The translations under genes were made by a program, and so were the position numbers. From Candidatus Curtissbacteria bacterium RIFCSPLOWO2_12_FULL_41_16 (GTDB lineage: Bacteria > Patescibacteriota > Microgenomatia > Curtissbacterales > GWA2-41-24), in NCBI GenBank assembly GCA_001776545.1, contig MFBZ01000022.1:14065-78064 (forward strand): a stretch of 64,000 nt of DNA, given 5' to 3'. Below, in pieces: positions 19,667 through 28,208 of the stretch. Position 1 is the stretch's first letter. Each line of letters begins with the position of its first letter. The notes under the pieces are model-generated. The model saw only the letters and a list, made by a program, of their open reading frames with translations. It did not search any database and was not told the DNA's origin.

Positions 19667-19866
19667 GATTGCAATTGCTAGATTGTTACATTGCTAAATT
19701 GTTGAATTGTTTAAAAATAAGCAGAGCTTTTCTTCGAATAACAATCTAACAATGAAACAATATAACAATATCACCCTACCATATGAAACAAGGTGCGGAA
19801 AGTAGATCAAACAGCCTCAAAATAGGCAGATTTTCACAGATGGAGAGTTAGTGTGATTTGCTGGAA

Positions 19867-20510
19867 CTAGTGTTTTGCAAGCATTGAAAGTTGATATCTT
19901 TTGACTTCTGTGAAGATCTTATTCTTGGCTTTTTCCCAAGAGAAGTCCGCGTCAAGGACTTTAATCGACCTGGGATATTTTTCTTTTTCAGCATCCTCAA
20001 GATAGATTAGTGCGCGCAGAATGAGCATCAGTTGATAGCCAGGGTACTTTTTAATAGCGAAGTTAATAAGTTCTCCTAGCGTGTAGAAGTTGAGAAGATA
20101 ATAGATGTCTATAAAATCGCGCCTTGTGCCCCCTTGAATAATGGCAGCCAGTTTCATGGCGGCAACGTCAGCAAGACTAGCAATACTTATGTCTTGATAT
20201 TGTTTCAGAGGTTCAAGTAGTTGATACGAATAGTAAAAAAAGAAAGTTCTGTTTCGCCTATAATACTTTTTAAGGTATCTTCTGCCGTAAGTAGCGTTTT
20301 GGCATTTGGGAAAGTTTTTTTAATGTCTTTGGCAAGTCGAGGACTTGGGAATTTTTTTTGACTATAGAAGTCAAAGTCGATGGATGTCCGGTGACCAATC
20401 TGCAGTGCTAGTGCTGTGCCGCCGGCGAGATAGAAACCCGGGGCCTTTGGCAATTTCAGCTCTTTGACTATTGCAAGCTGATTTTTATTCAGAATGTGCG
20501 AATGCATCAA
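19867..20510 (-). pseudogene. AbiEii/AbiGii-like nucleotidyltransferase toxin, split by a frameshift
   Basis: Piece 20205..20510 carries GFYLAGGTALALQIGHRTSIDFDFYS (GGTAL...D.D nucleotidyltransferase motif). Piece 19867..20157 carries RRDFIDIYYLL and ALIYLEDAE, which are AbiEii C-terminal motifs. The two pieces lie in different frames. The downstream frame remains open upstream of its ATG and reads ...PLKQYQDISIASLADVAA. A T7 homopolymer (~20217-20224) lies just before the upstream stop at 20205. Confidence 0.45.
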
Positions 20511-20833
20511 ATTTTGAAAAGTTTTTTGTAGAGATTAAGATTTGCGTTAGGGTCCAGATTAATGTAGGCTAACTCTTGTTTAAACTTGGGAGCTTCAACA
20601 CCCAAAATTTTTTGCCAATAAAGCAGGCTTATTTTGTACCACATGCCCCTTCTTGGGTTTCGCAACACACGTCTAATGCCGTTGAGGCTGTAATTGTTAA
20701 ATAGCCATAAAACGGCTTTTTGATCACCGAGATTTAAAACTTGGGTGATGATAGTTTCCTTATGGCGTTTTTTCTCCATTTTTTTAATATCGTAAGACCA
20801 AAGATATGGTTGCAAAAAGTTAGGGAGAGCCAT
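20507..20833 (-). CDS. Putative cognate antitoxin/partner of the AbiE-like NTase (hypothetical)
   Basis: 108 aa. Its stop overlaps the NTase start by 4 bp (ATGA), the classic arrangement for a TA operon. No confident family assignment. Confidence 0.35.
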   Translation of the reverse strand: MALPNFLQPYLWSYDIKKMEKKRHKETIITQVLNLGDQKAVLWLFNNYSLNGIRRVLRNPRRGMWYKISLLYWQKILGVEAPKFKQELAYINLDPNANLNLYKKLFKI

Positions 20834-20970
20834 AAGTATAGTTTAGCATATTTTGAGCGTAATTCGCAGGGGCGGAAAGTAGATTTTTTTCACAAAACAG
20901 AATGCTGGGCCTTCCGAGTGTTCTAACTGATTCCTGCTATGGGCTAGAATTATGGTAAAATAGGGGCAAC

Positions 20971-23900
20971 ATGGCAGAAGTACCTTTGCGTCCGACATTG
21001 CCGGGGGATGAGGAGCCCAGAAGAGTTCCCGGAACTGATGGCCCGTCTCGACTTGGTCGATCCGAGGCGGACGAGGAAAAACGCGCAGAAAAAGTCAAAG
21101 ACCTTAACCAGGAGGCGAAAGAGAAGAGATTAAGAGAGGAGCAAAAAAGGGCATATGAGTTTGTCAAGGAAGCTAAAAAGAGGATTGAAGAGACTAAAGC
21201 AAGAGGCGAGCAAGAAAAGATTCGATACAAGGAAGCGAAAAGTTATCTGGAAGCAGTTTCGTCACTTCAGGACGAAAACCCAGTAATAATTAACCCCGAA
21301 GAGCTTAAAACCTACAAAGATTTGCTTATGAAGCACGGCTATCTTAAGGCTTCCGAGATTAATAAATTAGAGCCCGCCCAGGTAGTGGTTATTTTTCAGG
21401 CAGTGGCCCGAGAGGTGGGGTTTGAAGAACCACAAGAAGAGGATTTTTCTTACACTGAAGGAGAAAATCGAGAGCTGGAGAGAAAAAGAGCAAAGAGTTT
21501 AATCAGACAAGCAGAAAGTGTCGACGAGGAAACCTTAAATGTAGAAAAAGTGGGGCAAAATTTAACTGTTGAGGAATTTGAAAAGGCGGCTGAACGTAGC
21601 GGGCCGGGGACGATGGAGAGACCAGAAAGAAAGGCTGAAGCTCATGAGGGGGAACCAGTTTCATTCATTGTCCAGTCGCGGAAACATCTGGCGGTTTTAT
21701 CTCAGGAAGATGTTGCGCAAATTTGTGAAGCACAGGTCGTGCCTGAACAAATTATCGTTGAGGCGACTTCTGGATGGGAAGATAAGGACTATGTTGACCG
21801 CGGGGAGGCTCTTAGGAAGAATGGTATTTTTAACACTCAAGAACTGACGGCCGAAGGGGTAAAATCCGAGAGGTCTGTAAGCGATGCTCAGGCGGGATCC
21901 GAGATTGTTTATGAGGATAAAGCGAAAAAGATTTTAGTCAGTCAGTCGCCATCTGGCAAATATTATGTTGTTGGAGTGACTGATTTGGAGCCAGAGACAA
22001 TAGGGGATTTATTAAAGAGAGCCAATATTGAAAAAGAGCTAAAGCCCCCTAAAGATTGGCAGGCTATGAGTTTCCCCGAAAAGCGGCAATGGTATAAGGA
22101 GACGGGTATCGAAGTGGTCCCGGTATTTTCAGGGGGTGGTACTCGTTGGGGTGACAATGATCGGATAAGTGAAATAAAAGCGGCAAGTCGTCTAGAAACA
22201 TTACATGCTGTCGAGGAAGATTTATTCCAGCAAGGATTAACCAGCGGGCTTAGCGAAGAAGATGCAAAAAGAGAAGCGATACGACAGCTCGAAGCGGAAG
22301 GAGATCGTACCGAGCTGGGTGAGCATTTAGGGCGACTCAGGAATGCCGAGGTGATCTTGCAGAATTTATTCAACGATTCAGTGAGAGGGATCAATGTTCG
22401 CGGGACGCCACAGATGGCTGATTTGGACTCTTTAATTGCTTTTATTCGTAATTATGGCAGGCAAAACTACAGGTTTGTTAATCAGTTTAATCAGGCGGTG
22501 GAGGGTATTGCTTCGTCTGCGGAAGCAGCTGGGCAACTGGCAGCATTGCATCGTTTTTTGCCTGCAAATGTTATTGCGGAACTAAGTAGGATTCGTAGGG
22601 ACGTGCATGACGATTGGCAGCGAGTCTATAAAGCTATGGATCCCAAGATCAGAGACAGGCTCTTCCAAAGACTCAAAGAAGAAACGCAAAGTTATGCCCA
22701 GTCGCTTCGGGCAGGATTTTATGGGACAAGAGAAGTTGAGGCGCGACTGGCACCGACTATTTTAGAGGAATCCAGAAAAGAATTACTAGGGCAAGAAGGG
22801 TTTATAGAATGGCGGGCCACAATTGAAATTGAGGGAATGAAGACTAACCAATTGGAAGCACTTTTAAAGGGGCCGCCAACAGACTGGCGGGAATCTGAGA
22901 GCCATTTAAATAGCATTTTAAGATTTGTGGAATCTACAGATTTTACCCCAGAGCAGATAAGTTCTGCCTTGCAAAGGGCGGTTGCTATTCCAGAGTCGAT
23001 CCCCATCGGAGTACTAACGGGAGATGAATTGAGTGAGGCAAAAGAAATGCAGGATAGGTTAAATAGAATCCTTAAGGCAACTCAGGCAATGCACACTTTG
23101 AGGGTAACAGCGGAGCGCGCGAGCCTAAATCCGGAGGCTATCGGCAAGGTTTTTGAAGGGTTTGACGACGAGACATTCAGAATTTACTTTAGCCGTTTTG
23201 CCAAGGATGCCTATGGGAAAGATTTTGAATTCAAGGATGCAGCCGGAAACATACAAAAATTCAATCTTTTGGATAAAGCACTGCAGGAGATTTTCAAGAG
23301 ACTGAAGAGGGAAAGAATAGATATGAATTTGGTTGAAGAATTATCAAGGTACGATATAAGTCGGAAGTTAACAGCAGGTGAATTGAATGATATTTGGAGC
23401 AGATGGTACAAACGAACGGGGATAATGGGGACCTTGCCAGAGGTAAGAGGTCGGCTGGAGGAGTTAAGAAAAGAGATGGTTTCGAGGATAAGTAGAAGAG
23501 GCTGGGACTCTTCTGATTGGGCGACTAATTTTGACCGCAAAAAGGCGGTGATTGGCGGGTGGCACGTAGAGGCTAATCTTTTAGGTGTAACCAAAGGGAA
23601 GGCTCGCCCGACACCAGGAAGGCCAATGGGCGAAAGGTATTTTGATCAACGCAGACGAGAACTAAGCGAGAGCTTAGAAATGATTTTGCAAGAGCCGGTG
23701 ATCGGCTTGACCGCGCAGCAGATTAAGGATTTAAGAAATACGGGGCTTTTGGATCAGGTTAACAATAATGCTTACTATCTTGCTTGGACTCTGGCTTTTT
23801 CAGAATACGATACGATTAGGGTTTGGGATAATGGCAGACGTGATGCTTTCGGCAATCAAGGAGACTGGCGAGATATAGTTAAAAGTTGGGATTCAAGCAA

Positions 23901-24876
23901 CTGGTACGGTTTCCATGTCGATCACCTGCCGGAATTTTATCTCAATGAAAATCGGGGTAGGCCAAATGATGTGAACCAGGTTTTATGGAAGCACATGCTG
24001 GGTAAAAGAAGGAAGTATGTTTTGCCGCAGTTGCGATTTTTGGTCAGAACAATAGGCCAGTGCGGGCTTTTAGAAGGGGGGAACGATCCGGAAGCATGGG
24101 GGAACGATCCGGAATTGCGTACCGCGGTGAATAATAAAATGACTGAGCTTTTTGAGGCTCATCGTGCCGAAACCGGTTTGGATTTTGTAGAAGGCAATGA
24201 TGAGGCAAGAGGTTGGGCAAGCGGGGCAGCGATAGCGGAGTTGATTATGAACGGCGATGATGTTATTCCTTTTGACAAGCTTAATTGGAGTGAAGTTTTT
24301 GAAAGATTGGACTGGACTAGCGATTATCAAAAGGAGGAAAGTAACATAAGCAAATATAATTTAATCGATATTTTTGATGACCGGACTCAAGGCCGGCGCT
24401 ATTTTGGTGCAGATCATCTGCAGGCCTATTTGGGGCAGCCGAGTACAGCCAGATTTATGGATGTTAACAGCCGCGAAAAGTTTTATTCCAAAAGGAACGT
24501 GCGCATTTGGCCTTGGATGAAAATGGTTTTGCCAGCCCATAGAGAAATTGGCCATTATTGGAAAAGATGGTTTAAGATGCCCGAGAGGATGCCACTTGCA
24601 GAAGCTGAGGGGGCGGTCGATCTGGCTGTTCAGACTGGAGTATTGGACCCCAAGAGTGTATATCCTCTAAAGAGGCAAATGTTAGGTGTGCGACTGGGTG
24701 CATTTCATATCCCTGGGTGGTGGTGGTTACGAGGCTTAAGGGAGTCAGGGGAGGCTACTCACATTCTCGCTAAAGAGACGGGGAGGGGATATCTGACTTC
24801 GCCTTTGGGGATGTTTTTTGAGTTTCTTCGGCAATTATTTAAGTATAGTGCCGGTGCTTTGGGTGGGCAGTCTTAA
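20971..24876 (+). CDS. Giant hypothetical protein (1301 aa), candidate secreted/T4SS-associated protein
   Basis: Single long ORF on the opposite strand to its neighbours. The N-terminal ~120 aa are extremely K/E/R-rich and coiled. No TM helix and no recognisable catalytic motif. Confidence 0.55.
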   Translation: MAEVPLRPTLPGDEEPRRVPGTDGPSRLGRSEADEEKRAEKVKDLNQEAKEKRLREEQKRAYEFVKEAKKRIEETKARGEQEKIRYKEAKSYLEAVSSLQDENPVIINPEELKTYKDLLMKHGYLKASEINKLEPAQVVVIFQAVAREVGFEEPQEEDFSYTEGENRELERKRAKSLIRQAESVDEETLNVEKVGQNLTVEEFEKAAERSGPGTMERPERKAEAHEGEPVSFIVQSRKHLAVLSQEDVAQICEAQVVPEQIIVEATSGWEDKDYVDRGEALRKNGIFNTQELTAEGVKSERSVSDAQAGSEIVYEDKAKKILVSQSPSGKYYVVGVTDLEPETIGDLLKRANIEKELKPPKDWQAMSFPEKRQWYKETGIEVVPVFSGGGTRWGDNDRISEIKAASRLETLHAVEEDLFQQGLTSGLSEEDAKREAIRQLEAEGDRTELGEHLGRLRNAEVILQNLFNDSVRGINVRGTPQMADLDSLIAFIRNYGRQNYRFVNQFNQAVEGIASSAEAAGQLAALHRFLPANVIAELSRIRRDVHDDWQRVYKAMDPKIRDRLFQRLKEETQSYAQSLRAGFYGTREVEARLAPTILEESRKELLGQEGFIEWRATIEIEGMKTNQLEALLKGPPTDWRESESHLNSILRFVESTDFTPEQISSALQRAVAIPESIPIGVLTGDELSEAKEMQDRLNRILKATQAMHTLRVTAERASLNPEAIGKVFEGFDDETFRIYFSRFAKDAYGKDFEFKDAAGNIQKFNLLDKALQEIFKRLKRERIDMNLVEELSRYDISRKLTAGELNDIWSRWYKRTGIMGTLPEVRGRLEELRKEMVSRISRRGWDSSDWATNFDRKKAVIGGWHVEANLLGVTKGKARPTPGRPMGERYFDQRRRELSESLEMILQEPVIGLTAQQIKDLRNTGLLDQVNNNAYYLAWTLAFSEYDTIRVWDNGRRDAFGNQGDWRDIVKSWDSSNWYGFHVDHLPEFYLNENRGRPNDVNQVLWKHMLGKRRKYVLPQLRFLVRTIGQCGLLEGGNDPEAWGNDPELRTAVNNKMTELFEAHRAETGLDFVEGNDEARGWASGAAIAELIMNGDDVIPFDKLNWSEVFERLDWTSDYQKEESNISKYNLIDIFDDRTQGRRYFGADHLQAYLGQPSTARFMDVNSREKFYSKRNVRIWPWMKMVLPAHREIGHYWKRWFKMPERMPLAEAEGAVDLAVQTGVLDPKSVYPLKRQMLGVRLGAFHIPGWWWLRGLRESGEATHILAKETGRGYLTSPLGMFFEFLRQLFKYSAGALGGQS

Positions 24877-24888
24877 TTCTCAACTTTT

Positions 24889-26409
24889 TTAACCGCCTCC
24901 TTGTTCCAATGGTGGAGGTCTTGTTCCGACACCGCTTTTGAGAGATCTATTTAAGAATGGGACACGCTCTCCATATTTCGCAACCACTCCTTGAGCCATG
25001 CCCCAACTGGCGGCTTGACCGACTGCTCTGATGGGTGCGCCCAGAGGTCTACCAATGACGGCTGCCCCCGCACCGAGGGCGGCAGCTCCGGCACCACCGA
25101 ATTGTGGGCCTTTGGCGCCGATGGCGTTTTTGACAAGATTGGCCGCTTCGGGTGTCATGAAGAGAAATCCGAGAGCTATTATTTTACCAATTGCGCCAGG
25201 ATTAAGTCCACCGACAAGCAATGGGAACTTGAGAGCTTCGGAGGCGACTCCTTGAAGCTCGCCTGCTCCGGTTCCTCCAAATGCCGAAATTCCACCGATT
25301 GCCCCGGCAAATATAATCATTAAGGAAACCGTGGGGAAAACGGCGATATTGGCGGCCATTTGTTTAAACCATTCTTTGGCGCCGGTGTTGCCAGGAAGTG
25401 CCTGGATTAAAAAGAAAAAAGGTGCGACCATTGTCAAAATAATAATCATGACATAGGCCATCAGCAGCATTAAGAAAACCCTAAACATAATAAAAAGAGC
25501 GGCGATGCCGACGATTAAACCGGCTATTCCCCCTACGCCCCATTTAATTAAACCAAGTACAGCGCCGCCAGAGATGACGCTGTCCAATAGGCCCTTGATT
25601 GCTTCAGCTGTTGTAGTGAAAACATCTTTCCAGCCACCGACGATTACACCGAAGATACTTTTGTCAAAAATTACAGATGAAGCTTTAGGGGCAGCAATAA
25701 CACCTGCTTCTGCTAATAATTGAATTATGATGTTTATTACAAGGAACATGAGATCGATCATGAGACCGGCGATGGCATAACTGAAAGTAACTAAGATTAG
25801 AGCCACGACAATTCTGGGAATTGAGTCCTGAACGGTGGCTACGGCTTGCGGTGAAATATGGGCGCGGAACATGATCATGAAGCCGATGATCACAAAGACA
25901 ATAACAAAACCTACGTAGGAGGCATTTCTGAAGACTCTCCAGAGGTTAATTACTGGACTTAAAGCTTTGTATCCTTCTCCTTGGGCATAAACAGGTTGTA
26001 CTGGATTAAACTTTTGGAATTCTTGGGCGAAATATTGGACTCCTGAAGCGGGCGGGTTTCCATATAAACTTGCTACTAAGTTCGATGTTGCAGCTAAGGC
26101 TCCTCTACCTGCGGTGAGTTCATTTGTTTCTGGATGAAGGAGCGAGAATCCTAGGATTTGAGTATTTAAACTGTCAACCGTTCCGGCAATTTGGTTAAAG
26201 TTAAAAATTTTATCATCGAAGATATTTTTATCAATCGCACAGCGGTTAAATTGGTTAATAAGTTCTTGATCTGTTGCGTTTGGGTTGTAAGTGCATTGGG
26301 CGTGGACGGGAGAGATGGTAGCGAGTAGCATGTAGCTGGTAACTAGTAGAAAGGTAACTAGTAACTTGCAACTAGTAACTAGTGACCAGATTTTGGCAGC
26401 TAATTTCAT
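24889..26409 (-). CDS. VirB6/TrbL-like polytopic membrane protein
   Basis: 506 aa with a signal/TM N-terminus, a periplasmic segment, 6 or more TM helices and a Gly-rich C-terminal tail, the organisation typical of VirB6/TrbL. It lies in the same locus as virB4-like. Confidence 0.55.
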   Translation of the reverse strand: MKLAAKIWSLVTSCKLLVTFLLVTSYMLLATISPVHAQCTYNPNATDQELINQFNRCAIDKNIFDDKIFNFNQIAGTVDSLNTQILGFSLLHPETNELTAGRGALAATSNLVASLYGNPPASGVQYFAQEFQKFNPVQPVYAQGEGYKALSPVINLWRVFRNASYVGFVIVFVIIGFMIMFRAHISPQAVATVQDSIPRIVVALILVTFSYAIAGLMIDLMFLVINIIIQLLAEAGVIAAPKASSVIFDKSIFGVIVGGWKDVFTTTAEAIKGLLDSVISGGAVLGLIKWGVGGIAGLIVGIAALFIMFRVFLMLLMAYVMIIILTMVAPFFFLIQALPGNTGAKEWFKQMAANIAVFPTVSLMIIFAGAIGGISAFGGTGAGELQGVASEALKFPLLVGGLNPGAIGKIIALGFLFMTPEAANLVKNAIGAKGPQFGGAGAAALGAGAAVIGRPLGAPIRAVGQAASWGMAQGVVAKYGERVPFLNRSLKSGVGTRPPPLEQGGG

Positions 26410-26510
26410 GCAGACTGAAAGGACTCCTTTTTGGGAAGGCTTAATTTAATAGTAGCACGTGGGGAAATACGCAACAAGTAACACGTAACAGGTGACAGGT
26501 GGCAGGGTGA

Positions 26511-27893
26511 TTAGCCACAGGTTGCTTCCATACCGCATTCGGGGCATTTTCTGACTCCGCTGCCGTAGCGGATAATATAGGTGCATTTTTCTTTCTTGTC
26601 TGTTTCGGGATCTACTTTCCAGCCTGGGCACTGAAAATCGCTTGTATCTTCATCTTCGTCATCGGTAAATGGAGCAAAATCCAAGACTGACTTAGCACCT
26701 ATGGCTCTTGCAAGTTGTTTGAGGAGTGGTGGTTGACTGACATTGAATCCTTTCTGACCGCCCGGACAACCCCGAGCGACGGGGCGAACAGGCTGTCTAC
26801 CGAAATGATTGATAAGATTATTAGTATTTTGAGGTCCGACCTCTGAGAATTCAAACTCTCTTTTGGAGGTCGGACCTCTTAAAAAACAAGTGGCATACGT
26901 GGTCTTTTTTTCTTCTCGGAGCTGTTTTTCAGTTAAGTCCGCCACATTATAGATGGCATTTAAGGTCAGTTTTATTTTTTCGATATCAAGAGGGTTTTCG
27001 ATTAAAGTTCGGATATAGGCAAGGATAAAGGGCGTACAGGCTTCAATGATCTGCTGGTTCACCTGATATTTTTGGGCCGATTTGTCAAAGCCAAAAACAG
27101 CCAAAATTTCCTCAAGAGATTTTTGGGATCTAATGGGAGTTTTTAAGAAGAAGGCCGCATTTAATCCTTCGGATGGGTCTCTAAATTGGGGACTAACAGC
27201 CTGGGCGGCTTTCAGAAAACTTTCAAGTGAATGTGTTGAGTGATATCTCGTCATATTTATTTTGCCCGACTTTTTTTGATAAACATCAAAAAGGTTTTCC
27301 GTGTAGAGGCTACCTTCGGGACTTTGTGGTGAGATGACAATGATTTTGGCTTCTTCCACCTCCGAGGAGCCAGGGCTCACCTCGGAGGTGTTGGTAAAGA
27401 GTTCTTGAATCTTGGCAATGCCTTCGACTTCTGCGGTTTCTCTTTCAGTTTCTGTACTGCCATTTGTGGTCAAGAACCTTCTGCCTTTTTCATATTCTTC
27501 AACGATTGGCCCCGGGTAATCTGGACTATAGAGCCTGCCATCCGTAACAATGAAGTATTCGATGGTACTTTTTTCGACGCCGAATCTTTCTCCTAATGCT
27601 TTTTCTATTTGACGTTTGGTGCGGTTATTGGTTTGGATTAATAATTGGGCGTATTCTTCGGGTGGAATTTTGCCGTTTAGACTCTTAAGATCCAGATAAT
27701 CTTGAATATCGTGGCGGGGATTGTAGCCCATGATGCCCTTGAATTCTTTGGGTATTTCCCAGAAAACGGGTTCTGCTTTTATTAAGACACCCCTGGGGTG
27801 TAAGGCTACTCCCACCCCAGGAGTGGACGTGAAAGGCGAGTCCACCTTGGAGGTGTCATGAGTGTGAGGGATAATGATTGTTCTTTCGGGCAC
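26511..27893 (-). CDS. Hypothetical protein with a C-terminal Cys cluster
   Basis: 460 aa. The C-terminus contains CPGG...CPGW...CPECGMEATCG (putative zinc ribbon). No other assignable domain. Confidence 0.4.
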   Translation of the reverse strand: MPERTIIIPHTHDTSKVDSPFTSTPGVGVALHPRGVLIKAEPVFWEIPKEFKGIMGYNPRHDIQDYLDLKSLNGKIPPEEYAQLLIQTNNRTKRQIEKALGERFGVEKSTIEYFIVTDGRLYSPDYPGPIVEEYEKGRRFLTTNGSTETERETAEVEGIAKIQELFTNTSEVSPGSSEVEEAKIIVISPQSPEGSLYTENLFDVYQKKSGKINMTRYHSTHSLESFLKAAQAVSPQFRDPSEGLNAAFFLKTPIRSQKSLEEILAVFGFDKSAQKYQVNQQIIEACTPFILAYIRTLIENPLDIEKIKLTLNAIYNVADLTEKQLREEKKTTYATCFLRGPTSKREFEFSEVGPQNTNNLINHFGRQPVRPVARGCPGGQKGFNVSQPPLLKQLARAIGAKSVLDFAPFTDDEDEDTSDFQCPGWKVDPETDKKEKCTYIIRYGSGVRKCPECGMEATCG

Positions 27894-28208
27894 AAAAAAA
27901 CCTCCGTGTGCCCGAGTAGGAGGTTAGTTGTGCTTCTTAGGCAACTATCCTGCTCGGGATTCGACTTCGCCATTGCGGTATTCGGACTCCTCACTGCGTT
28001 CGGAGTAAACTATTACTTTGTCTAGTTGCTAAACAATTGTTAACAACATTCGAAGTTAATAATTTATGTCGAACGTATGCGAGACACCGTTGCGGCACAG
28101 TGGGAGAGTTGCACTCCACTTCCCCGCAATGGGAATAAATTACTTAATTTACATTAGCATTTATGGCGAGTGGTAGCAAGAGGAATTTTGTTATAAAGGG
28201 ATTGTCTG

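Noticed and set aside
21963-24555. Several 64-143-aa minus-strand ORFs inside 20971..24876
   Set aside because: They are antisense to the long continuous 1301-aa ORF and have no supporting features.
26446-26631. 61-aa ORF upstream of the VirB6-like gene
   Set aside because: It overlaps the tandem-repeat promoter region and the C-terminus of 26511..27893. No support.
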